A DNA stretch of 24,000 nucleotides, from assembly GCA_030841185.1 (NCBI GenBank), contig JAVEDB010000129.1:5148-29147 (forward strand). The letters run 5' to 3'. This document shows, one piece after another, positions 7,628 to 14,372 of this stretch. The notes below the pieces were generated by a model. The model did not search any database. It saw only the letters and a program-made list of their open reading frames with translations, and was not told the origin of the DNA. Every line of letters begins with the position of its first letter. Within the stretch, counting starts at the first letter, position 1. A program made the position numbers and the translations under genes. Source of the stretch: Actinomycetota bacterium (GTDB taxonomy: Bacteria; Actinomycetota; Actinomycetes; JACCUZ01).

Positions 7628-8332
7628 TCAGGCGGAGCCGGACTCCGTCTTGCTCGCCTCGGCCGCGGACTTCGCCTTCTTGGCGGCCTTCGGGGGGACC
7701 TTCTCGGTGGTTGTCACGCCGGTGACGTCGACAACGGTGTTGTCGTCACTCGATGCCTGCTCGCTGGAGTCGGCGAGTGCCTCGTCGGGGCTGGCGCCCG
7801 CGGCGTCGTCGCCCAGTGCCGAGGTCGAGGACGGCGTGGAGTAGGTCGAACCGGCCGCGCTCGAGGGGGCCGAGCCGATCGGGGTCGCCCACGGCTCGGG
7901 CTGGCGGTCCTGCTGGCCCATCCAGGCCTTCCAGCCGGCAACCGCCGCCCCGATGACGCCGGCGAGCAGGAACAGCTTGCGCAGCCGATGCTTCTTCGGC
8001 TTAGGCGCCTCGATCTCGCCCCGCAGCGCCGCGATCGCGGCGGTTCCCCGGCTCTTGGCCTCCTCGCGGGCCGGCTCACTGGCGACGAGCGCAGCAGTCA
8101 CGGCGCTCGCGACCTTCGGCATGACGTCGTCCTTGACCCGGGTGGTCATCGGCTCGACGCGTGGAGCGGCCCAGTCAATTGCGGCCTCGACCTTGGGTGC
8201 CGCCCAGTCGCGGGTGCTCTCGGCGTACCGCAGGGCAGCCTCGCGCGCCTCAGCCGCGGCGGGGCCCATCTTGGCGTTAGCCCGACGGGCGCTCTTGCGT
8301 GATTCCTTGCGGATCGACGTCATACGGGACAC
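7628..8332 (-). CDS. Hypothetical single-pass membrane protein: helical N-terminal region with a repeated DWAAPxVE motif, and an acidic Ser/Ala-rich C-terminal tail
   Basis: 234 aa. The GTG at 8332 has GGGAGG 7 nt upstream. Third codon positions are mostly G/C. There is one TM segment (LFLLAGVIGAAVAGWKAW). It may belong to the DUF5324-type proteins found near cyclophilin genes in actinomycetes, but this is unverified recollection. Confidence 0.7.
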   Translation of the reverse strand: MSRMTSIRKESRKSARRANAKMGPAAAEAREAALRYAESTRDWAAPKVEAAIDWAAPRVEPMTTRVKDDVMPKVASAVTAALVASEPAREEAKSRGTAAIAALRGEIEAPKPKKHRLRKLFLLAGVIGAAVAGWKAWMGQQDRQPEPWATPIGSAPSSAAGSTYSTPSSTSALGDDAAGASPDEALADSSEQASSDDNTVVDVTGVTTTEKVPPKAAKKAKSAAEASKTESGSA

Positions 8333-8453
8333 GGAACGACCTCCCGGTCATGATCGGTGTGCCAGGCTCCTGCCCAGCATCCTCCCAGCGAAACCGCTCC
8401 GACAAGCGTGCGAGGATGGGTGCCCCGTTCGCCCGTCGAGGAGAGGGAGACCT

Positions 8454-8984
8454 GTGGCCGAGGAGCTGTTCGCCACGCTCAAGACCAACCACGGAGACAT
8501 CGAGATCAAGATGTTTCCGAACCACGCGCCGAAGACCGTGGCCAACTTCACCGAGCTGGCCGAGGGCAAGCGTGAGTGGGTGGATCCCCGCACCGGCCAG
8601 AAGTCGAGCGAGCCGCTCTACAACGGCACCGTCTTCCACCGGGTCATCGGCGGGTTCATGATCCAGGGCGGCGACCCGCTGGGGACCGGGACCGGCGGCC
8701 CGGGCTACCGGTTCGCGGACGAGTTCCACCCCGAGCTGGGCTTCGACCGCCCATACCTACTCGCGATGGCCAACGCCGGTCCGGGCACCAACGGCTCGCA
8801 GTTCTTCATCACCGTCGGACCGACCCCGCACCTGAACCGCAAGCACACGATCTTCGGTGAGGTCGCCGACGCCGCCTCACGGGCCGTCGTCGACAAGATC
8901 GCCGCCGCCCCGACCGGCCCGATGGACCGGCCGCAGCAGGACGTGGTGATCGAGTCGGTCCAGATCGAGCGGCGAGAGGGCTGA
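8454..8984 (+). CDS. ppiA: Peptidyl-prolyl cis-trans isomerase, cyclophilin type
   Basis: Track ORF 7953..8984 is over-extended. The in-frame GTG at 8454 follows GAGAGGGAG and gives VAEELFATLKTNHGDIEIKMFPNHAPKTVANF. Cyclophilin motifs FHRVIGGFMIQGGDP and GTNGSQFFIT are present. Confidence 0.95.
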   Translation: MAEELFATLKTNHGDIEIKMFPNHAPKTVANFTELAEGKREWVDPRTGQKSSEPLYNGTVFHRVIGGFMIQGGDPLGTGTGGPGYRFADEFHPELGFDRPYLLAMANAGPGTNGSQFFITVGPTPHLNRKHTIFGEVADAASRAVVDKIAAAPTGPMDRPQQDVVIESVQIERREG

Positions 8985-8994
8985 TCCCCGCGCC

Positions 8995-9909
8995 GTGACC
9001 GAGCACCCGGCCGGCCCGGCGGAGGACGGGGCACCGAACGCTGGAGACGCCGCCGCCTCAGCCGCCTCAGCCGATGCGACCAGCGCGACCTGTTACCGCC
9101 ACCCGACCCGCGAGGCGCACATCCGGTGCGCGCGGTGCGACCGGCGGATCTGCCCCGACTGCATGGTCAACGCCTCGGTGGGGTTCCAGTGCCCGGAGTG
9201 CGTGCGCGAGGGCAACAAGGAGGTACGCCGGGCGCGCACCGTGTTCGGCGGGCGGGTCAGCGATGCCGGTCTGGTCACGAAGGCGCTGATCGGCCTGAAC
9301 GCCGTGGCCTTCCTCGTGCAGCAGGTCTCGTCGACCTTCACCGATCGCCTCATAGACATCGGACGTGGATTCGATCCGTTCGCCGGCCACTTTGTCGGGG
9401 TTGCCACCGGGGAGTACTACCGACTGCTGACCTCGGCGTTCCTGCACGCCAACCTGCTGCACATCGCGCTGAACATGTACGCGCTGTACCTGTTCGGGCC
9501 GCCGCTCGAGGTGGCCTTCGGGCGGGCCCGCTTCATCGCGCTGTACGTCCTCTCGGCACTGGGCGGGAGTGCGCTCTCCTACGCCTTCGCCGACCCGGCG
9601 CAATCCTCGCTGGGAGCCTCCGGAGCCGTCTTCGGGCTGTTCGGCGCCTTCTTCGTGGTGAACCGGAAGCTGGGACGGGACACCAGGGGCCTGCTCGTCC
9701 TGGTCGCGGTGAACCTTGCCTTCAGCTTCCTGGTCCGCGGGATCGACTGGCGGGCCCACGTCGGCGGCCTGATCACCGGCTCCCTGGTGGCTGCCGCCCT
9801 GGCCTACGCCCCCCGGCGCTCCCGTGCGGTGGTGCAGGCCGCCGGGCTGGTCATCGTGGCCGGGCTGGTCGTCGCCCTCGTCGCCTGGCGGACCGCGAAC
9901 CTCAACTGA
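8995..9909 (+). CDS. Rhomboid-family intramembrane serine protease with an N-terminal zinc-ribbon
   Basis: A four-Cys ribbon (CYRH...CARCDRRICPDC...CPEC), FLHANLLHIALNMY (the H/N of TM2), catalytic GASGAVFG and a later AHVGGL His. The start (GTG 8995) has no good SD and is uncertain. Confidence 0.9.
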   Translation: MTEHPAGPAEDGAPNAGDAAASAASADATSATCYRHPTREAHIRCARCDRRICPDCMVNASVGFQCPECVREGNKEVRRARTVFGGRVSDAGLVTKALIGLNAVAFLVQQVSSTFTDRLIDIGRGFDPFAGHFVGVATGEYYRLLTSAFLHANLLHIALNMYALYLFGPPLEVAFGRARFIALYVLSALGGSALSYAFADPAQSSLGASGAVFGLFGAFFVVNRKLGRDTRGLLVLVAVNLAFSFLVRGIDWRAHVGGLITGSLVAAALAYAPRRSRAVVQAAGLVIVAGLVVALVAWRTANLN

Positions 9910-9913
9910 GGCG

Positions 9914-9945
9914 TTCTCCACAGTGTGGACAACGGCTGTGGAGGA
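9914..9945. promoter_or_regulatory. Cluster of three DnaA-box-like 9-mers, which also forms an 8-bp hairpin (possible terminator)
   Basis: TTCTCCACA (9914-9922), TGTGGACAA (9924-9932, i.e. TTGTCCACA on the - strand) and TGTGGAGGA (9937-9945, i.e. TCCTCCACA). CTCCACAG (9916-9923) pairs with CTGTGGAG (9936-9943). The cluster lies between the convergent rhomboid and crgA genes. Confidence 0.35.
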
Positions 9946-9992
9946 CTTACACCCGTGTGTTTCCGCAGGTCAGCGGCTTACGGGCAGAGTGG

Positions 9993-10244
9993 TTACTTCC
10001 ACCGGGTGGACAGCACGAAGCCGATCGCGATGAGGCCGAATCCGACCAGCATGTTGAAGTTGTGGATGCTGTGGATGGGATAGTCGGTCTGGGTCACGTA
10101 GAAGACGACCACCCACAGGAGCCCGAGCACGAAGCAGATCACCATCAGCGGCGCGAGCCAGCGCGGACTGCCGATCCGGACCGCGTTGGATCTCTGCGGC
10201 GGGGGCGTGAACGCGGTGCGGCGACGGATCCGGGACTTGGGCAC
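9993..10244 (-). CDS. crgA: Cell division protein CrgA
   Basis: 83 aa, MPKSRIRRRTAFTPPPQRSNAVRIGSPRWLAPLMVICFVLGLLWVVVFYV...LVGFGLIAIGFVLSTRWK. This is the characteristic basic N-terminus followed by two TM helices. The GTG start has GGGAG upstream, and the gene sits in the conserved position next to DUF881. Confidence 0.95.
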   Translation of the reverse strand: MPKSRIRRRTAFTPPPQRSNAVRIGSPRWLAPLMVICFVLGLLWVVVFYVTQTDYPIHSIHNFNMLVGFGLIAIGFVLSTRWK

Positions 10245-10283
10245 GGTGCTCCCTGAGGTAAGGGTCCTCCCGCGCCGGTGACA

Positions 10284-10313
10284 CCGACGGACGCCGACGG
10301 ACGCCGAGGTACG
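10284..10313. repeat. Tandem decamer CCGACGGACG x2 plus a degenerate third copy (CCGAGGTACG) in the crgA upstream region
   Basis: Read directly: ccgacggacg ccgacggacg ccgaggtacg, 40-70 nt upstream of the crgA start on the opposite strand. Confidence 0.6.
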
Positions 10314-10443
10314 ACGCGGGCGGCACCAACGCGAGCTTTGATTCGTCGGTTAGCGTAGTCCGGAAGCCCCGGAACCTCCGGCAGGGACCTGGCTTTGCAG
10401 CACCGCGCTCGTCCCGGTGGACACGCAAGGAGGCTCCGCAGCA

Positions 10444-11184
10444 GTGAGGTCCGTGGTGATGCACGGCGCCTGGCGCCCCGCGGTCCCCGTCGTGTTCGCG
10501 CTCGCTGGTCTGCTGTTCGCGACCAGCGCCACCGCCGCTCGCGGCGGTGACCTGCGCGGCGGCAGCCGCACCGACCTGTCCGACCTGATCCGGGTGCAGG
10601 AGCACCGGCTGGCGCGGTCGACGGCCGACGTCGAGCGGCTGCGCGCAGAGATCCAGCGGGCCACCGACGCGGCCGCCCGCGGGGACGCGAGCGTGCGGGC
10701 CATCCGGGACCGCGGCGCCTCGCTCGCCGTCGCGGCGGGACTCGAGGCGGTCGCCGGGCCGGGGCTGACGGTCACCCTCTCCGACGCGCCCCGCGCGGCC
10801 GACCGGCTGCTCCCGGCGGGGGCCAGTCCCGACGACCTGGTCGTCCACCAGCAGGACGTACAGGCCGTCGTCAACGCGCTCTGGGCGGGCGGCGCCGAGG
10901 CGATGCGTGTCATGGATCAACGGTTGATCTCGACCAGCGCGGTGCGCTGCGTGGGCAACACCCTGATCCTGCAGGGACGGGTCTACTCCCCGCCGTACGT
11001 CATCACCGCGATCGGCGACCCGGACCGGATGGCCGTGGCCCTGGAGTCGTCGGTGAACGTGCAGCTCTTCGAGTACTACGCCGACCAGTACGGCTTGGTC
11101 TACGAGACCAAGCACCGGACGAACGTGCGGTTGCCCGGGTACCAGGGCTCGCTCGACCTGCGCTACGCGAAGGCCGCGGCATGA
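10444..11184 (+). CDS. DUF881-domain membrane protein (Rv0012-like, division-cluster associated)
   Basis: Track ORF starts at 10417. AAGGAGG at 10427-10433 favours the in-frame GTG at 10444, with 10459 ATG also possible. It has an N-terminal TM segment, a coiled segment (RLARSTADVERLRAEIQ), then GPGLTVTLSD...HQQDVQAVVNALWAGGAEA...SPPYVITAIGDP, typical of DUF881. Confidence 0.85.
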   Translation: MRSVVMHGAWRPAVPVVFALAGLLFATSATAARGGDLRGGSRTDLSDLIRVQEHRLARSTADVERLRAEIQRATDAAARGDASVRAIRDRGASLAVAAGLEAVAGPGLTVTLSDAPRAADRLLPAGASPDDLVVHQQDVQAVVNALWAGGAEAMRVMDQRLISTSAVRCVGNTLILQGRVYSPPYVITAIGDPDRMAVALESSVNVQLFEYYADQYGLVYETKHRTNVRLPGYQGSLDLRYAKAAA

Positions 11185-11861
11185 GGGGTGTCCGGGCGGT
11201 GGTCCGTGGGATCGGTGAGCTCTTCATCACGGCCGGGCTGGTGCTGCTGCTCTTCTGCGCCTACCAGCTGGTGTGGACCAACGTCGAGGCCAACCGCGAG
11301 CAGAGCCAGGTGAGCAAGTCCCTGAGCCAACGGTGGTCGGATCCGCAGGCCCAGGCCGGTAGCCAGCTGCACCTGACCACAGCCGACTTCGGCAAGGGGT
11401 TTGCGTTCATTCACATCCCGCGGCTGGGGAAGAACTTCACGAAGCCGATCGTCGAGGGGGTGCGCAAGTCGGACCTGGCCCGCGGCGTGGGTCACTACCC
11501 CAAGACGGCCCTGCCGGGCGAGGTGGGCAACTTCGCTGTCGCGGGTCATCGGGCCACCCACGGGGAGCCGTTCCGCAACCTGAACCAGATGCGCAAGGGC
11601 GACAAGGTCGTCGTGGAGACCAAGGACACCTGGTTCACCTACATCGTCGATCGGACCCTGATCGTCAACCCGTCGGACGTGTGGGTCATCGACCCGGTGC
11701 CGGGGAAGAAGAACGTGGCGCCCACCCAGAAACTGCTCACGCTGACCACGTGCAACCCGCGGTGGGCGTCGACCCAGCGACTCATCGTGTTCACCCACCT
11801 GCTCACCCAGCAGCCCAAGACCGCCGGTCCGCCGGCCGCACTGATCACGGCGGCCGGCTGA
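11181..11861 (+). CDS. Class E sortase
   Basis: N-terminal TM anchor, catalytic His (FAVAGHRATHG), TLTTCNP (TLxTC Cys) and a downstream Arg. ATGA overlap with the DUF881 gene. Confidence 0.9.
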   Translation: MRGVRAVVRGIGELFITAGLVLLLFCAYQLVWTNVEANREQSQVSKSLSQRWSDPQAQAGSQLHLTTADFGKGFAFIHIPRLGKNFTKPIVEGVRKSDLARGVGHYPKTALPGEVGNFAVAGHRATHGEPFRNLNQMRKGDKVVVETKDTWFTYIVDRTLIVNPSDVWVIDPVPGKKNVAPTQKLLTLTTCNPRWASTQRLIVFTHLLTQQPKTAGPPAALITAAG

Positions 11862-12019
11862 TGTATGCGTGGATCTGGCGGCACCTGCCCGGCCCGGTGG
11901 TCGTCCGGCTGCTGATGTCCCTCCTCCTGATCGTCCTGATCGTCCTCGGACTCTTCACGGAGGTCTTCCCCTGGGCGGAGCGCGTGTTGCCGTTCCTGCA
12001 GGTGACGGTCAACCAATGA
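11861..12019 (+). CDS. 52-aa hydrophobic micro-protein (one TM), translationally coupled on both sides
   Basis: MYAWIWRHLPGPVVVRLLMSLLLIVLIVLGLFTEVFPWAERVLPFLQVTVNQ. The start overlaps the sortase stop (TGATG) and the stop overlaps the trpG start (ATGA). The track lists it as 11681..12019, whose 5' part lies inside the sortase gene. Confidence 0.55.
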   Translation: MYAWIWRHLPGPVVVRLLMSLLLIVLIVLGLFTEVFPWAERVLPFLQVTVNQ

Positions 12020-12654
12020 CGGCCGGCCGGTCCGGACGGCGGATCCTCGTCGTCGACAACTACGACAGCTTCGTGTTCAACCTCGTGCAGTACCTCGGGC
12101 AGCTCGGAGCCACCTGCACCGTCCGGCGCAACGACGCGGTCGACGTCGAGGACGCACTCGGCTACGACGGCGTGCTGCTGAGCCCCGGCCCGGGTACGCC
12201 GGAGCGGGCCGGCGCCTGCATCGCCCTGGTGGAGAGGTGCGCGGGAACCGTCCCGGTGCTCGGGGTCTGCCTCGGTCACCAGGCCATCGCAGTCGCGTAC
12301 GGAGCGACGGTCAGCCGGGCGCCCGAGCTGCTGCACGGGAAGACCAGCGAGGTGCAGCACTCGGGGGCAGGCGTCCTGGCCGGGCTGCCGTCGCCGTTCA
12401 CCGCGACGCGATACCACTCGCTCGCGGTCGACCCCGAGACCGTCCCTGCCGAGCTCGAGGTGACCGGCGTGACGGCGGGTGGGGTCATCATGGCCCTGCG
12501 GCACCGTGACCTCGCCGTCGAGGGAGTGCAGTTCCACCCCGAGTCGGTGCTCACCGAGGGGGGTCACCAGTTGCTCGCCAACTGGCTGGTCACCTGCGGC
12601 GACGACGACGCGCCGGCCCGAGCGGAAGGGCTCGCGCCGGTCGTCGTCAGGTGA
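12016..12654 (+). CDS. trpG: Anthranilate / aminodeoxychorismate synthase component II (class I glutamine amidotransferase)
   Basis: Track ORF 11869..12654 is over-extended. The in-frame ATG at 12016 gives MTAGRSGRRILVVDNYDSFVFNLVQYLGQLG. Catalytic GVCLGHQ and FHPES are present. Same position as Rv0013 in M. tuberculosis. Confidence 0.9.
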   Translation: MTAGRSGRRILVVDNYDSFVFNLVQYLGQLGATCTVRRNDAVDVEDALGYDGVLLSPGPGTPERAGACIALVERCAGTVPVLGVCLGHQAIAVAYGATVSRAPELLHGKTSEVQHSGAGVLAGLPSPFTATRYHSLAVDPETVPAELEVTGVTAGGVIMALRHRDLAVEGVQFHPESVLTEGGHQLLANWLVTCGDDDAPARAEGLAPVVVR

Positions 12655-14359
12655 TGGTGGGCGTCGGCAACGAGACGGTGTCCGTAGGGGTGGGGGGCGG
12701 CGCCTTCGCCACGATGATCCGCACGGTCGAGTCGAGTCGGGCCGCCTTGCCCGCGGCGGGGGACTGCTCGATCACCGTCCCCGGCGGGTGGGTGGCGTCC
12801 TCGCGCTCCTGCTCGGTCACCTGGAAGCCGGCGTCCTGAAGCGCGCTGCGGGCCTGGTCGGCTGACATCCCGGTGACCTTCGGCACCTTGTTGCTGCCGC
12901 TCGCGTACTCCAGGTTCACCTTCGACCCGGTCGCGACGTTCGTGCCTTCCGCCGGGTCGGCCTTGACGACGACGTTCTGCGGCTTGTCGGAGGGAACGGC
13001 CTTCGTGGTCCCGAGACGCAGGCCCGCGTCACGCAGGGCGTTGTTGGCCTCGTCGAGGGACAGGCCCACCAGGGTCGGGACCGTCGACTCCTTGACCCCG
13101 GCGGAGACCTTGAGGTCCACCGGCCCACCCTTGCCCAGCTCGCTGCGCGGCTCCGGACTCTGGTCGATGACGTTGCCCTTGTCGACGGTGGCGCTGTTCT
13201 CCTGGGTCACCTGACCCACGGTCAGGCCGGCCTTGGTGATGGCGGTAGTCGCCTGGGCGACCGTGAGGCCGCGGACGTCGGGGACCTGGACCCGGACTGT
13301 GCCGCCGCCGAAGAGCGACTTGCCGACCAGCGCCGCGATCACGAACACCGCCAGGACCGCGATACCGAGCAGGACGTAGGCCAGAGTCCGACCGCCCTTG
13401 TCGCGGCGGTCGACATCCTCGACGGCCGGGAACGTGGCGGTGCCGGGGACTGCCAGCGGGGGCGCCACCCGCTGGGTCTGCACTGCTGGAGCCGCCACGG
13501 GCGGAGCGACCGGTCGACCGGACAGGGCGCGCGCAATGTCGGCGCGCATCTCGTCCGCCGTCTGGTAGCGCTGTTCCCGGTCCTTGGTCAGTGCCTTGAG
13601 CACGATGGCGTCCGCCGCGGGAGGGACGTCCGGGTCGAGGGACGACGGTGGCACGGGCTCCTCGCGCACGTGCTGGTAAGCGACGGACACGGGGGAGTCG
13701 CCGACGAACGGGGCCCGCCCGGTCAGCAGCTCGAAGAGCAGGCAACCGGTCGAATAGATGTCGCTACGGGCGTCAACCTGCTCGCCCCGGGCCTGCTCGG
13801 GCGAGAGGTACTGCGCGGTGCCCATCACCGCTGACGTCTGCGTCATGGTCGACGAGTTGTCGGCCACCGCCCGGGCGATGCCGAAGTCCATCACCTTCAC
13901 CGCGCCGGCTCCGTTGAGCATGACGTTGGCCGGCTTGATGTCCCGGTGCACGATGCCGTGCTGGTGGCTGTAGGACAGCGCCTCGAGGATGCCGTCGGCG
14001 ATCTCGAGTGCCCGTTCCGGCACGAGTCGGCTGCCGGAGGCGAGCAGTTCCCGCAGGGTGGACCCGTCGACGTACTCCATGACGATGAACGGGACCGGGT
14101 TGCCGGCGTGCTCGTCCTCGCCGGTGTCGTAGACGGCGACGATCGAGGGATGGTTCAGGGACGCCGCGGAGTGCGCCTCCCGCCGGAACCTCGCCTGGAA
14201 GGTCGGGTCACGCACCATGTCCGGCCGCAGCATCTTCACGGCTACCGAGCGGCCGAGTCGCGCGTCGTGGCCGATGTGCACCTCGGCCATGCCGCCGCGG
14301 CCAAGCAGCTCGCCCAGCCGGTAGCGGCCCCCGAGCTGCTCGGGCACTCCCGTCGTCAC
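12647..14359 (-). CDS. pknB: Ser/Thr protein kinase PknB with three extracellular PASTA domains
   Basis: Kinase motifs GRGGMAEVH, VAVKML, HRDIKPANVML, DFGIA and GTAQYLSPEQ, then one TM (LAYVLLGIAVLAVFVIAALV) and three PASTA-like repeats by my count. The start is set to the GTG at 14359 (VTTGVPEQLGGRYRLG), with AAGGGGA upstream and lying after the pknA stop. The track extension to 14434 overlaps pknA. Confidence 0.95.
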   Translation of the reverse strand: MTTGVPEQLGGRYRLGELLGRGGMAEVHIGHDARLGRSVAVKMLRPDMVRDPTFQARFRREAHSAASLNHPSIVAVYDTGEDEHAGNPVPFIVMEYVDGSTLRELLASGSRLVPERALEIADGILEALSYSHQHGIVHRDIKPANVMLNGAGAVKVMDFGIARAVADNSSTMTQTSAVMGTAQYLSPEQARGEQVDARSDIYSTGCLLFELLTGRAPFVGDSPVSVAYQHVREEPVPPSSLDPDVPPAADAIVLKALTKDREQRYQTADEMRADIARALSGRPVAPPVAAPAVQTQRVAPPLAVPGTATFPAVEDVDRRDKGGRTLAYVLLGIAVLAVFVIAALVGKSLFGGGTVRVQVPDVRGLTVAQATTAITKAGLTVGQVTQENSATVDKGNVIDQSPEPRSELGKGGPVDLKVSAGVKESTVPTLVGLSLDEANNALRDAGLRLGTTKAVPSDKPQNVVVKADPAEGTNVATGSKVNLEYASGSNKVPKVTGMSADQARSALQDAGFQVTEQEREDATHPPGTVIEQSPAAGKAARLDSTVRIIVAKAPPPTPTDTVSLPTPTIT

Positions 14360-14372
14360 CGCGGTCCCCTTC

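Noticed and set aside
9067-11115. Long ORFs 9067..9921 (-), 9126..10256 (+) and 9970..11115 (-)
   Set aside because: They are alternative frames or strands of the rhomboid, crgA and DUF881 genes, each of which has diagnostic motifs in the chosen frame.
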